Source: Candidatus Aminicenantes bacterium
GTDB taxonomy: Bacteria; Acidobacteriota; Aminicenantia; Aminicenantales; JAFGBC01
DNA: 64,000 bases
Assembly (NCBI GenBank): GCA_963702005.1
Contig: OY969696.1
Span: 1,536,001 to 1,600,000 of the forward strand
Direction of reading: 5' to 3'
A model generated the notes under the pieces. That model was not told the origin of the DNA, searched no databases, and was given only the letters and a program-made list of their open reading frames with translations. The position numbers were made by a program, and so were the translations under genes. This document shows positions 1-9,703 of the stretch, in pieces. Numbering within the stretch: position 1 is the stretch's first letter; every line of letters starts with the position of its first letter.

Positions 1-35
1 CGCACAAAGAATACGATAATTGGGTAATAGATTAA
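1..35 (+). CDS. 3' end of probable HigB-family toxin (cut by window edge)
   Basis: Frame from base 3 reads HKEYDNWVID*, resembling the HigB C-terminal GTHxEYD motif; stop lies 16 bp upstream of a HigA-like gene. Confidence 0.6.
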   Translation, partial: HKEYDNWVID

Positions 36-51
36 GATTAGGCAAAAAACT

Positions 52-1266
52 ATGAGCAAAATCAAAGTTATTAAAACAAAAAAAGACTACGAAGATGCAC
101 TCAAATTAGTCGAAGTGCTAATGAGTCATGATCCCGACCCAGATTCAGAAGAAGGGGAACAGCTCAGTCTTCTCAGCACGCTTATTGAAGATTACGAAAC
201 TAAGGTATTTCCAGAGACATTACCTAATCCTATTGATGCGATCAAATACAGAATGGAACAAATTGGGCTTAAACCAGCCGACCTCATACCATACATTGGC
301 AGCCGAAGCAGAGTATCAGAAATTCTTTCAGGCAAACGTCAGCTAACTCTTGAGATGGTAAGAGCGCTAGAAGCTGGTCTTGGAATTCCCGCAAAAGTGT
401 TAATTAAGAAACAGGAGCTGGACGAGAATCTCGATTATCAGAATTGGGACAATCGTTTACTAGCAGAATTGGAAGCACGTGGTTATTTCGGCAGCTATTC
501 CATAAAGAAATATAATAAAGATGAACTTCTTAAAAACTTCTTTGCGCCAATCGGATCTCCTGCGCAGCTCGTCGGGATGCTACGAAAATCTAACTACAGA
601 TCTTCGCCACTTACTGATAAGCGCGCGTTAAGCGCTTGGGCCGCTTGCGTGCTTAGAAAAGCGAATAAAATAAGAGTATCTGAGAAATACAGACATGGGT
701 TCGTAAATTCCACGTTTATGCAGGAATTAGCAAAATTAAGTGTAAAAGGTAACGGACCAGTTCTAGCTCAGGAATTATTGAAAAAAGGGGGAATCAAATT
801 GGTGATTGAACCTCACTTCCCCAAAACATACCTAGATGGAGCAACAATTCTTATCAACAAAGATAATCCGGTTATCGGATTAACCTTAAGATATGATCGA
901 TTGGATAACTTTTGGTTCACAATGATGCATGAATTAGCGCACATAGCCTTGCATTATGACAGTGGCATTAATCTTTTTTATGATGAGATTGAGGGGATAA
1001 AAACGATCGATATAGATGAGAGAGAACGAGAAGCTGACGCATTAGCTGAAGAAACTCTTTTACCAAAGGCAAAATGGGAGATCAGCCCAGCCAGATTAAT
1101 TCCTTCTTTTATGGCAGCAAACAGTTTGGCCAATGAGCTTGGAGTACATGTAGCCATCATCGCCGGCCAAATCAGGCATAAAGGCAATAAATATATCTAC
1201 CTAAACAAAATTGTAAATGGGGCAAAAATTAGAAAATATTTTCCTCATGAAAAATGGAATAAATAA
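52..1266 (+). CDS. HigA-type HTH antitoxin fused to ImmA/IrrE-family metallopeptidase
   Basis: HigA-like N-terminus (IKTKKDYEDAL...LIEDYE...IGSRSRVSEILSGKRQLTLEMVRAL); C-terminal RYDRLDNFWFTMMHELAH (HEXXH) and EREADALA. Confidence 0.88.
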   Translation: MSKIKVIKTKKDYEDALKLVEVLMSHDPDPDSEEGEQLSLLSTLIEDYETKVFPETLPNPIDAIKYRMEQIGLKPADLIPYIGSRSRVSEILSGKRQLTLEMVRALEAGLGIPAKVLIKKQELDENLDYQNWDNRLLAELEARGYFGSYSIKKYNKDELLKNFFAPIGSPAQLVGMLRKSNYRSSPLTDKRALSAWAACVLRKANKIRVSEKYRHGFVNSTFMQELAKLSVKGNGPVLAQELLKKGGIKLVIEPHFPKTYLDGATILINKDNPVIGLTLRYDRLDNFWFTMMHELAHIALHYDSGINLFYDEIEGIKTIDIDEREREADALAEETLLPKAKWEISPARLIPSFMAANSLANELGVHVAIIAGQIRHKGNKYIYLNKIVNGAKIRKYFPHEKWNK

Positions 1267-1267
1267 T

Positions 1268-2347
1268 ATGTTTGATTCAAAACATTACGTGCCAATATTA
1301 AAATGGAAACGCGCCGAGCAAGGCGCGCTAAAGGAATTGGAAGAAAAACATAAAAGGATTATAACTCCTTTAATTCAATTCGTAATGCCGAAAAACAAGC
1401 CAGAAGACAAGCTTGAAGATGTTATTGCAAGATTTGATGGTCAATTAGCCGAAATACCAGGAAAAATAATTGATATCTGGGGCAAGTCCCCGATCTTTAT
1501 TGGTGTTAATTTGTTATATTCTACATCCCTGAAAGAAAAAGCTCTCGATGTTATTTCACATGGAGGGCATAAGCTCGGAGGTATTTTTATTCCCGTTATA
1601 CATCTTAATGATGACGAGAAGATTAAGAAATCAGCATTGAATGTCGCAAAAGAGACTGGGAGCGGCTTATGTGTAAGATTAATATGTTCTGATTTTTCCG
1701 ATATAACGAAATTAGATCACGATATTGGTAGCCTTCTTTCATTCGGATTAAACGAAAACGATATCGATCTATTAATTGATATCAAAGAAACCGAAAAAGA
1801 TGAGGAAAAATACGCTAAATATTTCAATTTGAGTCAAAAGGTTCCCAATCTAATGAAGTGGCGAACATTAATATTTGCCAGCGGATCATTTCCCGAAGAT
1901 TTATCTGAGTGTAAAGTTGATGAAGAAAATCTTATACCACGCAACGACTGGAAAAGTTGGAAAGAATGTATTGGTAAAAAGTTGCAAAGAAAACCAACCT
2001 TCTCGGACTACACTATTCAGCATCCTATTTACAAAGAAGCTGTCCAATTTTATCACCCGACTTCAAGCATTAAATATACATTAAAAAATGAATGGCTGAT
2101 TATGAAAGGTCAAAGGCAAAGATTTGAACAATATTTGGCACATGCAGCTGAGCTGGTAAAGGATAAAAGATATTGTGGGGAAGATTTTAGTAATGGTGAT
2201 AAATATATAGCCGAAAAGGCAAAACATTTTTATGTATATACAAAGAATCCCGCCATCAAGGGTACGGGAAGCACAGAAACTTGGCTTAAAGCTGGCCTTA
2301 GCCACCATTTAGTATTAGTGGCGCATCAGGTCTCCACTCTGGCCTGA
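1268..2347 (+). CDS. Beta family protein (P4 beta / sce7725-like)
   Basis: N-terminal YVPILKWKRAEQGAL, internal SGSFP and FSDYTIQHP, C-terminal W..AGLSHHL typical of the family; ATG at 1268 follows the upstream stop. Confidence 0.8.
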   Translation: MFDSKHYVPILKWKRAEQGALKELEEKHKRIITPLIQFVMPKNKPEDKLEDVIARFDGQLAEIPGKIIDIWGKSPIFIGVNLLYSTSLKEKALDVISHGGHKLGGIFIPVIHLNDDEKIKKSALNVAKETGSGLCVRLICSDFSDITKLDHDIGSLLSFGLNENDIDLLIDIKETEKDEEKYAKYFNLSQKVPNLMKWRTLIFASGSFPEDLSECKVDEENLIPRNDWKSWKECIGKKLQRKPTFSDYTIQHPIYKEAVQFYHPTSSIKYTLKNEWLIMKGQRQRFEQYLAHAAELVKDKRYCGEDFSNGDKYIAEKAKHFYVYTKNPAIKGTGSTETWLKAGLSHHLVLVAHQVSTLA

Positions 2348-2924
2348 AAAATATTTTATCTCTTACTTTTTTTCCAAGAGTTTCTTTGTCAAAATAAATG
2401 GATAATTTTTCATAAATACAGTCTCTAGGCTTTGAATAGAGACCGATGGCTTTACCAGCCTCTTCTAAGATCTTCAATGCCTCTTCTCTCCACAAGAGCC
2501 TGGCAATAGAAATTCCATCCTGTTCTTTATTATTTTCTCCCTCTCGGATGAGATTAAAGATTACTGAGCCGTTAAGATCAATCTTGGCAACCGTGATACC
2601 CCACCAATCAGGCACCATGTTTATTGCATTATATAGATGACTTTTTCCGACTACCAAAGTGACCTTGTCGAACACAGCATTAAAAATATTCATCTGTTCT
2701 GGTAATCGTTGTAATGTATCTTGATCGCTCTTTATTTCATAACCGTGCATCATTCCATTAACAACAGCAATATCAATTCTTGAAGTGCCATGGTTGACAC
2801 CCAATTCTTCAATTATTCGTAATTTCTTATCTTGGGCGTGACGCTTTTTTAAATCCTCCATTAAGGCGGATCGTATAATCAAATCGGTTGTTGGAAGATT
2901 CTTCTTCGAATTGTTTTTCTTCAT
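2298..2924 (-). CDS. sce7726 family protein (PD-(D/E)XK-like)
   Basis: EELG...RIDIAVVNG.MHGYEIKSDQDTLQRLPEQ...FDKVTLVV...PDWWG motif; convergent with the beta gene, 50-bp overlap. Confidence 0.82.
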   Translation of the reverse strand: MKKNNSKKNLPTTDLIIRSALMEDLKKRHAQDKKLRIIEELGVNHGTSRIDIAVVNGMMHGYEIKSDQDTLQRLPEQMNIFNAVFDKVTLVVGKSHLYNAINMVPDWWGITVAKIDLNGSVIFNLIREGENNKEQDGISIARLLWREEALKILEEAGKAIGLYSKPRDCIYEKLSIYFDKETLGKKVRDKIFFRPEWRPDAPLILNGG

Positions 2925-3034
2925 AATTTATGTTTCTTTTTTTAAGTATAACATAAGATAAGACAGAACAACATATAGGATGACATGACCGACATGGCTT
3001 TATATCTTGTTGGAAATAATATCTTTTGTTAGAA

Positions 3035-4648
3035 TTAAACAAACACTTCTTCCGATTGGGGCAGTTTTTCATAAAAAGTTCTAACGTCCTCCACGGTGGT
3101 GTACCAGGAAAGAAATTGGGAAGTGGAGAGGTCCGATTTAGCTTCAAAAATGGCGTTTTTCGGAGATTCGAGCGTATTGTTTCTCCTTCGGACTACCATT
3201 AAGCCTTTTTCGATAATTTGGAGCGGTTTTTCAAGCCGAATTTCGAGTTCTTTATCTTTCAGAAAAAGGTTCGAGCCGAGTTCTTGGAGGATCGTCCGTT
3301 TGTCTTCCAAGGAGCCGTTTTGGAAGTTCTTTTTAGCCCGCGCTGCGAAAATGAAGGTTTCCGCAGTAAGATCGAGCGAGCGTTTTATCGGGTCCTCCAT
3401 TAAGCTTCTTTCTAGCCGGGCTCTTTCTTCTGCGAGCCGTTTCTTCTCTTCGACATATTCTTCGTCGTTGATTAAATCCTTGAGCCTCATCTGGTTCAGA
3501 TTAGCGAGTCGCTTCTCGCAATCGGCAAGGGCTTTCTCCAATGATCGCCGAACATTGTTTTCTTTTTGATGTCCATCCTTTTCTTCTTCGCGCAAATACT
3601 CGAAAGCTAAATCGAGAAGCGTTTGGGGAACGTGGACATTTTCCAGATATGCGGCGACCTGGCTTTCGAGGACTTTCAATTCGATATATTTCTGATGACA
3701 ACGCGGCCCGTGTTTCTTTTTTGTACAATGATAATAAGTGTAGTGATAGCCGTATCTATTGATTTTCTCCTCTGCTGTAATCATACAACCACACTCAGCG
3801 CATCTGATCAGGCCGGTAAATGCGAATTCATGGGTCTTCGGCCTTGGCCTTCCGCGCCGCCCGAGAATGTCTTGAGCTTTCCAGAATTCATCTTCGGTAA
3901 TCATAGGCTCGTGCTTTCCCGGATATGTGCCTTCTTTTCTCTCCATAAGGCCGTAGTAAAAAGGATTTCCGAAGATTTCATAAATTCCGCTCATACTCAA
4001 CGGCTTGCCGCCGATTTTATTCCCTTGTCTTGTCCTAAAGCCCCATTTATTGTTTGCGATATCGAGTATCTTGGAAGGCGAAACTCCTTTTAAAAGAAGC
4101 TCCCACATTCTGCGGACGATGGGGAAACGCTTCGGATCTATGACAATCGTTCTTTCTTTCGGCTCATTGAGATAGCCTAAAGGCGGGAGAGAAGGAAGCC
4201 AGCCCCTTTCGAGTTTCGCCCGAAGTCCTCTTTTCACGTTATCGCTCAGGTCGTCCACATACTTTTTCGCCATACCGAATTCGATTTGCATTAGGAATTT
4301 ATCGTTGCTGTTGTTCTTAAAGCTTCCATGCGGCGTTTGAATATCGGATATCTTGCCTTGATCCAGAGCCCAGACCAGGGCCGCGCCATCTATCGGATTT
4401 CGGGCTAAGCGATCAAGCTTCCAGCAGACGATCCCTTTGTATTGGCCCTTATAGAGTTTTTTCATCATATCGTTAAAGATCGGCCTGCCGGGAGATTTGG
4501 CAGATTTAGACTCAGTAAGAATATCGGAGATCGGAAGGCTCATTCTTTTGCCGAACTCCTCCAATTCCTTGATTTGGGAGTCGATTGATAAGACCTGTTT
4601 TTCTTCTGATTCCGTAGATTTACGACAGTAGAGAACATATTGGGACAT
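3035..4648 (-). CDS. Large serine recombinase (resolvase + recombinase + Zn-ribbon + coiled coil)
   Basis: YCRKSTE catalytic Ser, SAK...GRP.F, WKLDRLARN, P.GY, NPFYYG, GKHEPMIT, CAECG...YYHC zinc ribbon. Confidence 0.95.
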   Translation of the reverse strand: MSQYVLYCRKSTESEEKQVLSIDSQIKELEEFGKRMSLPISDILTESKSAKSPGRPIFNDMMKKLYKGQYKGIVCWKLDRLARNPIDGAALVWALDQGKISDIQTPHGSFKNNSNDKFLMQIEFGMAKKYVDDLSDNVKRGLRAKLERGWLPSLPPLGYLNEPKERTIVIDPKRFPIVRRMWELLLKGVSPSKILDIANNKWGFRTRQGNKIGGKPLSMSGIYEIFGNPFYYGLMERKEGTYPGKHEPMITEDEFWKAQDILGRRGRPRPKTHEFAFTGLIRCAECGCMITAEEKINRYGYHYTYYHCTKKKHGPRCHQKYIELKVLESQVAAYLENVHVPQTLLDLAFEYLREEEKDGHQKENNVRRSLEKALADCEKRLANLNQMRLKDLINDEEYVEEKKRLAEERARLERSLMEDPIKRSLDLTAETFIFAARAKKNFQNGSLEDKRTILQELGSNLFLKDKELEIRLEKPLQIIEKGLMVVRRRNNTLESPKNAIFEAKSDLSTSQFLSWYTTVEDVRTFYEKLPQSEEVFV

Positions 4649-4712
4649 AAAATTGTGGCCCTTGGAAGACGATTTGCGATAAATCTTAATCCGAAGACCG
4701 GTTAAGAGCTTA

Positions 4713-4934
4713 TTATTCTTTCAGCTTATCATCTTTTAAATGATCGTCAAATAAACGAGGCCCGGACAAAGCGTTTGCCCGGCTGCTAGTCGAAGGTTCT
4801 TTAAGAATCACCCTCAATAGATTAACCAGCCTAAGAAATTTCTCGTAGGCCTGGCTGTCGGATATTGTCTCGTTAAACTCATCCTGATAGATTTTCTTGA
4901 ATTCTTCGATTGTTTCCTTGCTTGGACTCATCAA
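4713..4934 (-). CDS. Small helical hypothetical protein upstream of the recombinase
   Basis: 73-aa ORF (SKETIEEFKKIYQDEFNETISDSQAYE) co-oriented 64 bp upstream of the LSR. Confidence 0.6.
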   Translation of the reverse strand: MMSPSKETIEEFKKIYQDEFNETISDSQAYEKFLRLVNLLRVILKEPSTSSRANALSGPRLFDDHLKDDKLKE

Positions 4935-5419
4935 TTATCAGGATAAGACAAGGAAAATCATGATATAAGACAGGAAAAATTGCCTATTAAAGCCATAAAG
5001 CAGGAGGAAGGATAGAGCAATTCTAAAGGAGGTCCAGTAAATGTCTTTCCGCGCCCACTAAAGAGGACATTTTCGAACAGATCGTGAGTTTTAATCTTTC
5101 AGCACAGAATTTAGAAATAAAGGGATTAGTTGAGCTCTTAATAGAAAAATCTGAATCTTTTTTGATAGTAGCAGGCTAATCTAGAAAATATTCAAATCTT
5201 ATATCCCGTAATAATAGGTTAATCTCCCTTTCTTCATCCAAAAAAACTAAACAAAAGTAATCCTTTTGTTTAGGAGATATTTTATAAATCAAAGAATAAA
5301 AAAAAACAAGCCCTTTGGCGCTAGCCAATGGCTTAGAGAAGGAAAGGAGGTGAGAATGGTTTGAATAAGGGGAAAAATCGGAAAAGGCGGAGGCAGAAAT
5401 ATTAAAAAAAGGAGGAACA

Positions 5420-5905
5420 ATGAAGATTTCAAAAATTTCCGTCTTTTTCTTTTCTATTCTTTCTGGACTCCTAGTCCTTGCTGCCTGTGCAACACTCCCG
5501 GAAGAAGGTTTAACTCCAAAAACCGAGGAGACAGCTATTGAGATCAATGCTCCCAAGCTGGATATTTTTGATGCAGCTAGTCAAGTATTTATTGAACACG
5601 GGTTTTCAATTTCGAGTTCAAATGAAAGACTGGGATTAATCGCTACCGACTACAAAGATGTAAAAAAGACATTCGGATCAAGCTTTGTTCTCGCTCTTTT
5701 TGGGAAAGAGGACGTGGAAGTCATGCTGACGACAAGCATTAAATCTTCAAGTACAGGCTGCACACTCACTATTTTGCCTAAAGGACGGGCTAGGAAGAGT
5801 AGCCGTTTCAAGTCAGAATATGATGAGGTCAAACTTTCCAAATCATTTTTAAAGAACGTTGAGAAAATAGCTGAGGAAATTAAAGACCTGGCCGAGAAAA
5901 AGTAA
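5420..5905 (+). CDS. Hypothetical lipoprotein
   Basis: AGGAGG RBS; signal peptide with lipobox LAAC. Confidence 0.75.
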   Translation: MKISKISVFFFSILSGLLVLAACATLPEEGLTPKTEETAIEINAPKLDIFDAASQVFIEHGFSISSSNERLGLIATDYKDVKKTFGSSFVLALFGKEDVEVMLTTSIKSSSTGCTLTILPKGRARKSSRFKSEYDEVKLSKSFLKNVEKIAEEIKDLAEKK

Positions 5906-6133
5906 GACATCTTATATTTTGGCCCCTCTTTTCCATACTGGCAAAAAGATTACGGATCTCCGCCAAAGCGCAAGGCATATTTCAGCCCCGTGCTGGCGAA
6001 GTTGGAGACAGATAACTCTAGGACCACCTATAAAGCTATTTGCGCTTCAGCAGACGTCGAACAGGTATCAAACCTGTATCCATGGGCAAGATTGGGCCAG
6101 GTTCTGAGAAGAGTGGTTATGGAGTGAAAAATA

Positions 6134-6844
6134 GTGATGGAGCGGAAGATGAAAAGAATGACTATTTTATCAGGGATGCTGGCGCTTCTGCTTCAGCCGT
6201 GCATTCTTCAGGCCACATTAGACAAAAGTGACAGTAACAAGGATTATCTAAGCCTGCAACTGTATTTCATAGACTATTATTCAAGCTGGAGTTACTTCAA
6301 ATTTAAAGTATACGATGAACGCTGGAACGAATATGGGTGGATTAATAATGAGCCTGGATGTGCGGGTGGATATTTAGAATTAAATATTGGCGTTTCCTGG
6401 AAGCATTTTTTATCGAAAAGAGTATTCGGCGAATTATCTCTGGCAACGGGTGTCAGGGCATTGGAGAAGTCCGATATTTATCGCCGGAGTCCTGAAATAT
6501 TTGCGAGAATAAGAATCCCTCCTCCGGAATATATTGCTCAAGCAGGAATAGGATATTGTTTCTTTCAATCGAAAAGACTGCGTGTTTTTGCGGAAATTAC
6601 AGGCTCAATAAATTCTCTTAGAGAATTCCCTTCTGACATAAATGTAGCCTGCGAGCAATTCAGAAACCCGAATTTTGCCTGGAGAGGGGAACTAGGCGTA
6701 ATCCTCCATCTTGGAAAAAGCTCATTCCTTGAGGTGGAGGTAGGGCTTTTTCATAATTCCAACAACTACCACAATACCGGGCATCAGGTAAGACTGGGCA
6801 TTGGAAAGATATTTATACACAACGGTCCGCGGGCTTTGCCCTAA
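6134..6844 (+). CDS. Secreted protein, putative outer-membrane beta-barrel; C-terminus altered by IS insertion
   Basis: Signal peptide, alternating hydrophobic strands, terminal VRLGIGKIF strand; the last residues are read from IS DNA. Confidence 0.55.
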   Translation: MMERKMKRMTILSGMLALLLQPCILQATLDKSDSNKDYLSLQLYFIDYYSSWSYFKFKVYDERWNEYGWINNEPGCAGGYLELNIGVSWKHFLSKRVFGELSLATGVRALEKSDIYRRSPEIFARIRIPPPEYIAQAGIGYCFFQSKRLRVFAEITGSINSLREFPSDINVACEQFRNPNFAWRGELGVILHLGKSSFLEVEVGLFHNSNNYHNTGHQVRLGIGKIFIHNGPRALP

Positions 6845-7062
6845 AAGGGTTGCGATCTCATAAGAACTCATACCGGAACAGGAGAGAAGCACGCCGTGGA
6901 GTCGTTGGTCATAGCGAGATTCCTGGGACCTTTGGATTTCGTTCTGAATGGCGAGCCTCATGATGTCCGCATCCGCAATTTTCAAGCGACGCATGACGGC
7001 CCCTTTCGGAGTCCACCATACCAAAAATCGCAATAATGCGTGATTATTTATGACGCCATGTA
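6816..7062 (-). mobile_element. Internally deleted IS630-family element (247 bp) with TA duplication
   Basis: Minus strand from 6994 encodes an IS630-like HTH N-terminus (MRRLKIADADIMRLAIQNEIQRSQESRYDQRLHGVLL...PRTV); ends TACACAACG / TACATGGCG form an imperfect IR; TA at 6814-15 and 7063-64. Confidence 0.75.
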
Positions 7063-7228
7063 TAGATTGTAGGAACACTCGGAAGATCCAAGCGCTCAAT
7101 ATTGAATTGGAGAACTAAACAAAAGGATTACTTTTGTCTAGTTACTGAAAGTTTACTTTTAATTCTGATGGAAGTCAAGCTTTTTTGATGCCAACTAATA
7201 AAAAGCCTTTATTGCTCAATTCTCAAAT

Positions 7229-7825
7229 ATGCGGAATAATATGTCAAATTTTAAATGTGGATCGTTCACGAGCTCATCTAGAATTGTCCCTTATCTGTTG
7301 TCGGATGAGGTTCAGAAGCTGGCCGCAGAAGCAGGAAAAAGGCGGAATGGAGAACGAGATTGTCTGTTTATTTTGCTTTTATATCAAACAGGGTTAAGGA
7401 TATCTGAGGCTTTATCTTTAACTCCAGCTAAAATTGATCAGTTCGATGGAAAGCCGGTCCTAAACATTATTGGGAAAGGCAACAAACCCCGCCTTGTCTC
7501 CTGCCCGCAAAATCTGGCAGGAAGAATGGCCGCCTATGGAAAGAAAATGGATCTGAATGCCCATGACAGATTCTTCCCCTTTAACAGAATACGCGGTTGG
7601 CAGATAATCAAGACGGCTGCGGAAAACGCGGGATTTCAAAAGAGAATTTTTCCGCATCTTCTAAGACATTCGGACGCAATTGAAAGATTGAGGCAGACGG
7701 GAAATCCCAAGGCCCTTCAGCACCACCTGGGCCACTCCTCGATTTCCATGGTGATGAGATATCTTTCAACTTTAACCCAGGAGGAGTCGTTGAGGATTCA
7801 GCAGAAAGTGGAATTTAAGAAATAG
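7229..7825 (+). CDS. Tyrosine recombinase, catalytic domain only
   Basis: TGLRISEAL, GKGNKPR, HLLRHS, LGHSSISMVMRYL give a full R-K-H-R-H-Y set; start may be 7241. Confidence 0.9.
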   Translation: MRNNMSNFKCGSFTSSSRIVPYLLSDEVQKLAAEAGKRRNGERDCLFILLLYQTGLRISEALSLTPAKIDQFDGKPVLNIIGKGNKPRLVSCPQNLAGRMAAYGKKMDLNAHDRFFPFNRIRGWQIIKTAAENAGFQKRIFPHLLRHSDAIERLRQTGNPKALQHHLGHSSISMVMRYLSTLTQEESLRIQQKVEFKK

Positions 7826-7931
7826 AGTTAATATTAGCCTTGGAATTTAAAAGTATATATTAAATTGCTCAGTTGTTTAAAAAAATCCTTGACGAATCCT
7901 AAATATGCCCCGGCGACTTGTAGCGAGTTGA

Positions 7932-8573
7932 TTACATTTTTTGACAAACAAATGTGACACGATGATCAAGGTATATTCTTTGCTTGAATTGAAAACTGGC
8001 TTTTTCTGCATAGTTCATCAACTCTTCTAATGTCATATTTTTATAAAATGTATAATAATTTCCTCTGGACATTATATAGCCATCCTCATAGGGTTTGGCA
8101 GTTTTTACTATATTTCTATAGTAAGTTTCATTAGAGGGTACATCTATAAAAATAAAGCCTCTCTTTTTTAAGTTTCGATGTACTCCATTTAAAAGTTCTA
8201 TCCTTTTTGTAATCAAGGGAAGTATATGCAAGACATTAATTATTATTGCACCATCAAGTTGTAGTTCTTTATTTAGAAAAGACTCGACATCCATAAATTC
8301 TTTATATGAAGAATAGATAGACTTTAAATCATCTAGTTTATTCTTGATACGCTGATATTGAGCCTTTGTATCAACTAATATAACAAATGGGAATGAATCG
8401 AGAATGTGAGGAGTATTGGCTAGTAAGCCACATCCTATTTCGGCAACTTTATTTAAGTTTTCTTGTTTGAAGGCTTCTGTTGCTGCCTGAACAGCTCTAG
8501 ATGGTCTAAAAGGATATTGTGCTGCAACTGCTGAATATTCAGGATTTATAATGATTTTATTCTTTTTAAGCAC
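7932..8573 (-). CDS. Class I SAM-dependent methyltransferase-like protein
   Basis: VAEIGCG motif I, ILVDT, INVLHILP, LKKRGFIFIDVP. Confidence 0.7.
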   Translation of the reverse strand: MLKKNKIIINPEYSAVAAQYPFRPSRAVQAATEAFKQENLNKVAEIGCGLLANTPHILDSFPFVILVDTKAQYQRIKNKLDDLKSIYSSYKEFMDVESFLNKELQLDGAIIINVLHILPLITKRIELLNGVHRNLKKRGFIFIDVPSNETYYRNIVKTAKPYEDGYIMSRGNYYTFYKNMTLEELMNYAEKASFQFKQRIYLDHRVTFVCQKM

Positions 8574-9303
8574 TATGACTCCTCTTATGAATTAAGGGAC
8601 AGTACTTACGGCATCCAATTCGATAATCGGGGAGTCTTTTTTTTAATGTTTGTTTATCCTGTGTTAATATCCTTTTTGTCTGTGCGTTGGCAGGATAAAT
8701 GAGCCTTTTTTTTGTTTTATAATGGAGCACATAAAAAGGAACAGGCAATATAAGAGATAATATGAAACTTAAATGAAGAAATTTACATAAATGTTGAGTA
8801 ACGCAAATAATAATGACGTATATTAGTGCTATTATAAAACCAATTGTAGAAAATACGCTTAAATTTGTTGAGACAAAATAATCTCCCCAATATTGAAAAG
8901 CTCGATGGCGTTCGGTATCATTGTCAGGAATAAAAGTATAAAAAAGATCCATCAACTTGCTTTCCTCATCCTTTAAAATACCTCTATCAGCTATTTTGCA
9001 TTTTTGATCCTTACAAGGTTTGGTAAGTTGCTCTCTAATAAAATTGTTAATCCTCTGTCTTTCTTTAAATATTTTTTTATCAAACCAATTATGTATATCA
9101 AAAATAATAAAATATGAAGCAAATGCAATAAGTGCTAACGGTACAATCCAAATAATAAGTGTGGCCTTAGAGTGAATATCAATAATAAAAATACTAAGCC
9201 ATTTAGGAAATATCAAATAAATTAACAGTATGAAGTATACTCCTATTATGAAAGCGGTAGCTTTTTTAATTTTATTTTTCATTTTTTCAAAAGGATCAGC
9301 CAT
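8566..9303 (-). CDS. Hypothetical membrane protein (about 4 TM)
   Basis: Two pairs of hydrophobic helices around a soluble loop; 8-bp overlaps with both neighbours. Confidence 0.7.
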   Translation of the reverse strand: MADPFEKMKNKIKKATAFIIGVYFILLIYLIFPKWLSIFIIDIHSKATLIIWIVPLALIAFASYFIIFDIHNWFDKKIFKERQRINNFIREQLTKPCKDQKCKIADRGILKDEESKLMDLFYTFIPDNDTERHRAFQYWGDYFVSTNLSVFSTIGFIIALIYVIIICVTQHLCKFLHLSFILSLILPVPFYVLHYKTKKRLIYPANAQTKRILTQDKQTLKKRLPDYRIGCRKYCPLIHKRSHSA

Positions 9304-9703
9304 TATTCTCTTTTACCTCCTTAATATTGTAGTATCTGCATAGGTAATGGTCTTTTTCAGAAAATTCAATAAAGCCTGAGATCTTTTCTTTTAGAAAAAT
9401 AGTGAAGTTTGTATACTCATTCTTAAAAACTATATGGTCAATTATTCCTTTTCGAAGTAATATTGCCCTTTTTTTTACTCCGATTTCCCAAATAGCAAAA
9501 ATCGCTTCAGTTCCAGATTTTATTTTTCTAGATTTTATTTGCTTAATAACAAGAGGATGAATATAATTTACAAAATAACCCCAGCTCATCCATTTAACAT
9601 CGGAATTATTTAATATATTTTTTACATAATGATACGGGCCTCTTGAACATACTCCCATTATAAGAATTGGAGTTTCAGTGCTGTTATTTTGTTCTTTTCT
9701 CAC
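9296..9703 (-). CDS. Hypothetical protein
   Basis: 135-aa ORF, first gene of a coupled three-gene unit; the true start may be the RBS-preceded ATG at 9775, which is in another frame. Confidence 0.5.
   Translation of the reverse strand: MRKEQNNSTETPILIMGVCSRGPYHYVKNILNNSDVKWMSWGYFVNYIHPLVIKQIKSRKIKSGTEAIFAIWEIGVKKRAILLRKGIIDHIVFKNEYTNFTIFLKEKISGFIEFSEKDHYLCRYYNIKEVKENNG

Noticed and set aside
5039-5076. aaatgtc...gacattt inverted repeat and similar aaaatgtc motifs near 20886-20968 as element ends
   Set aside because: The matches are short and AT-rich and could be chance.
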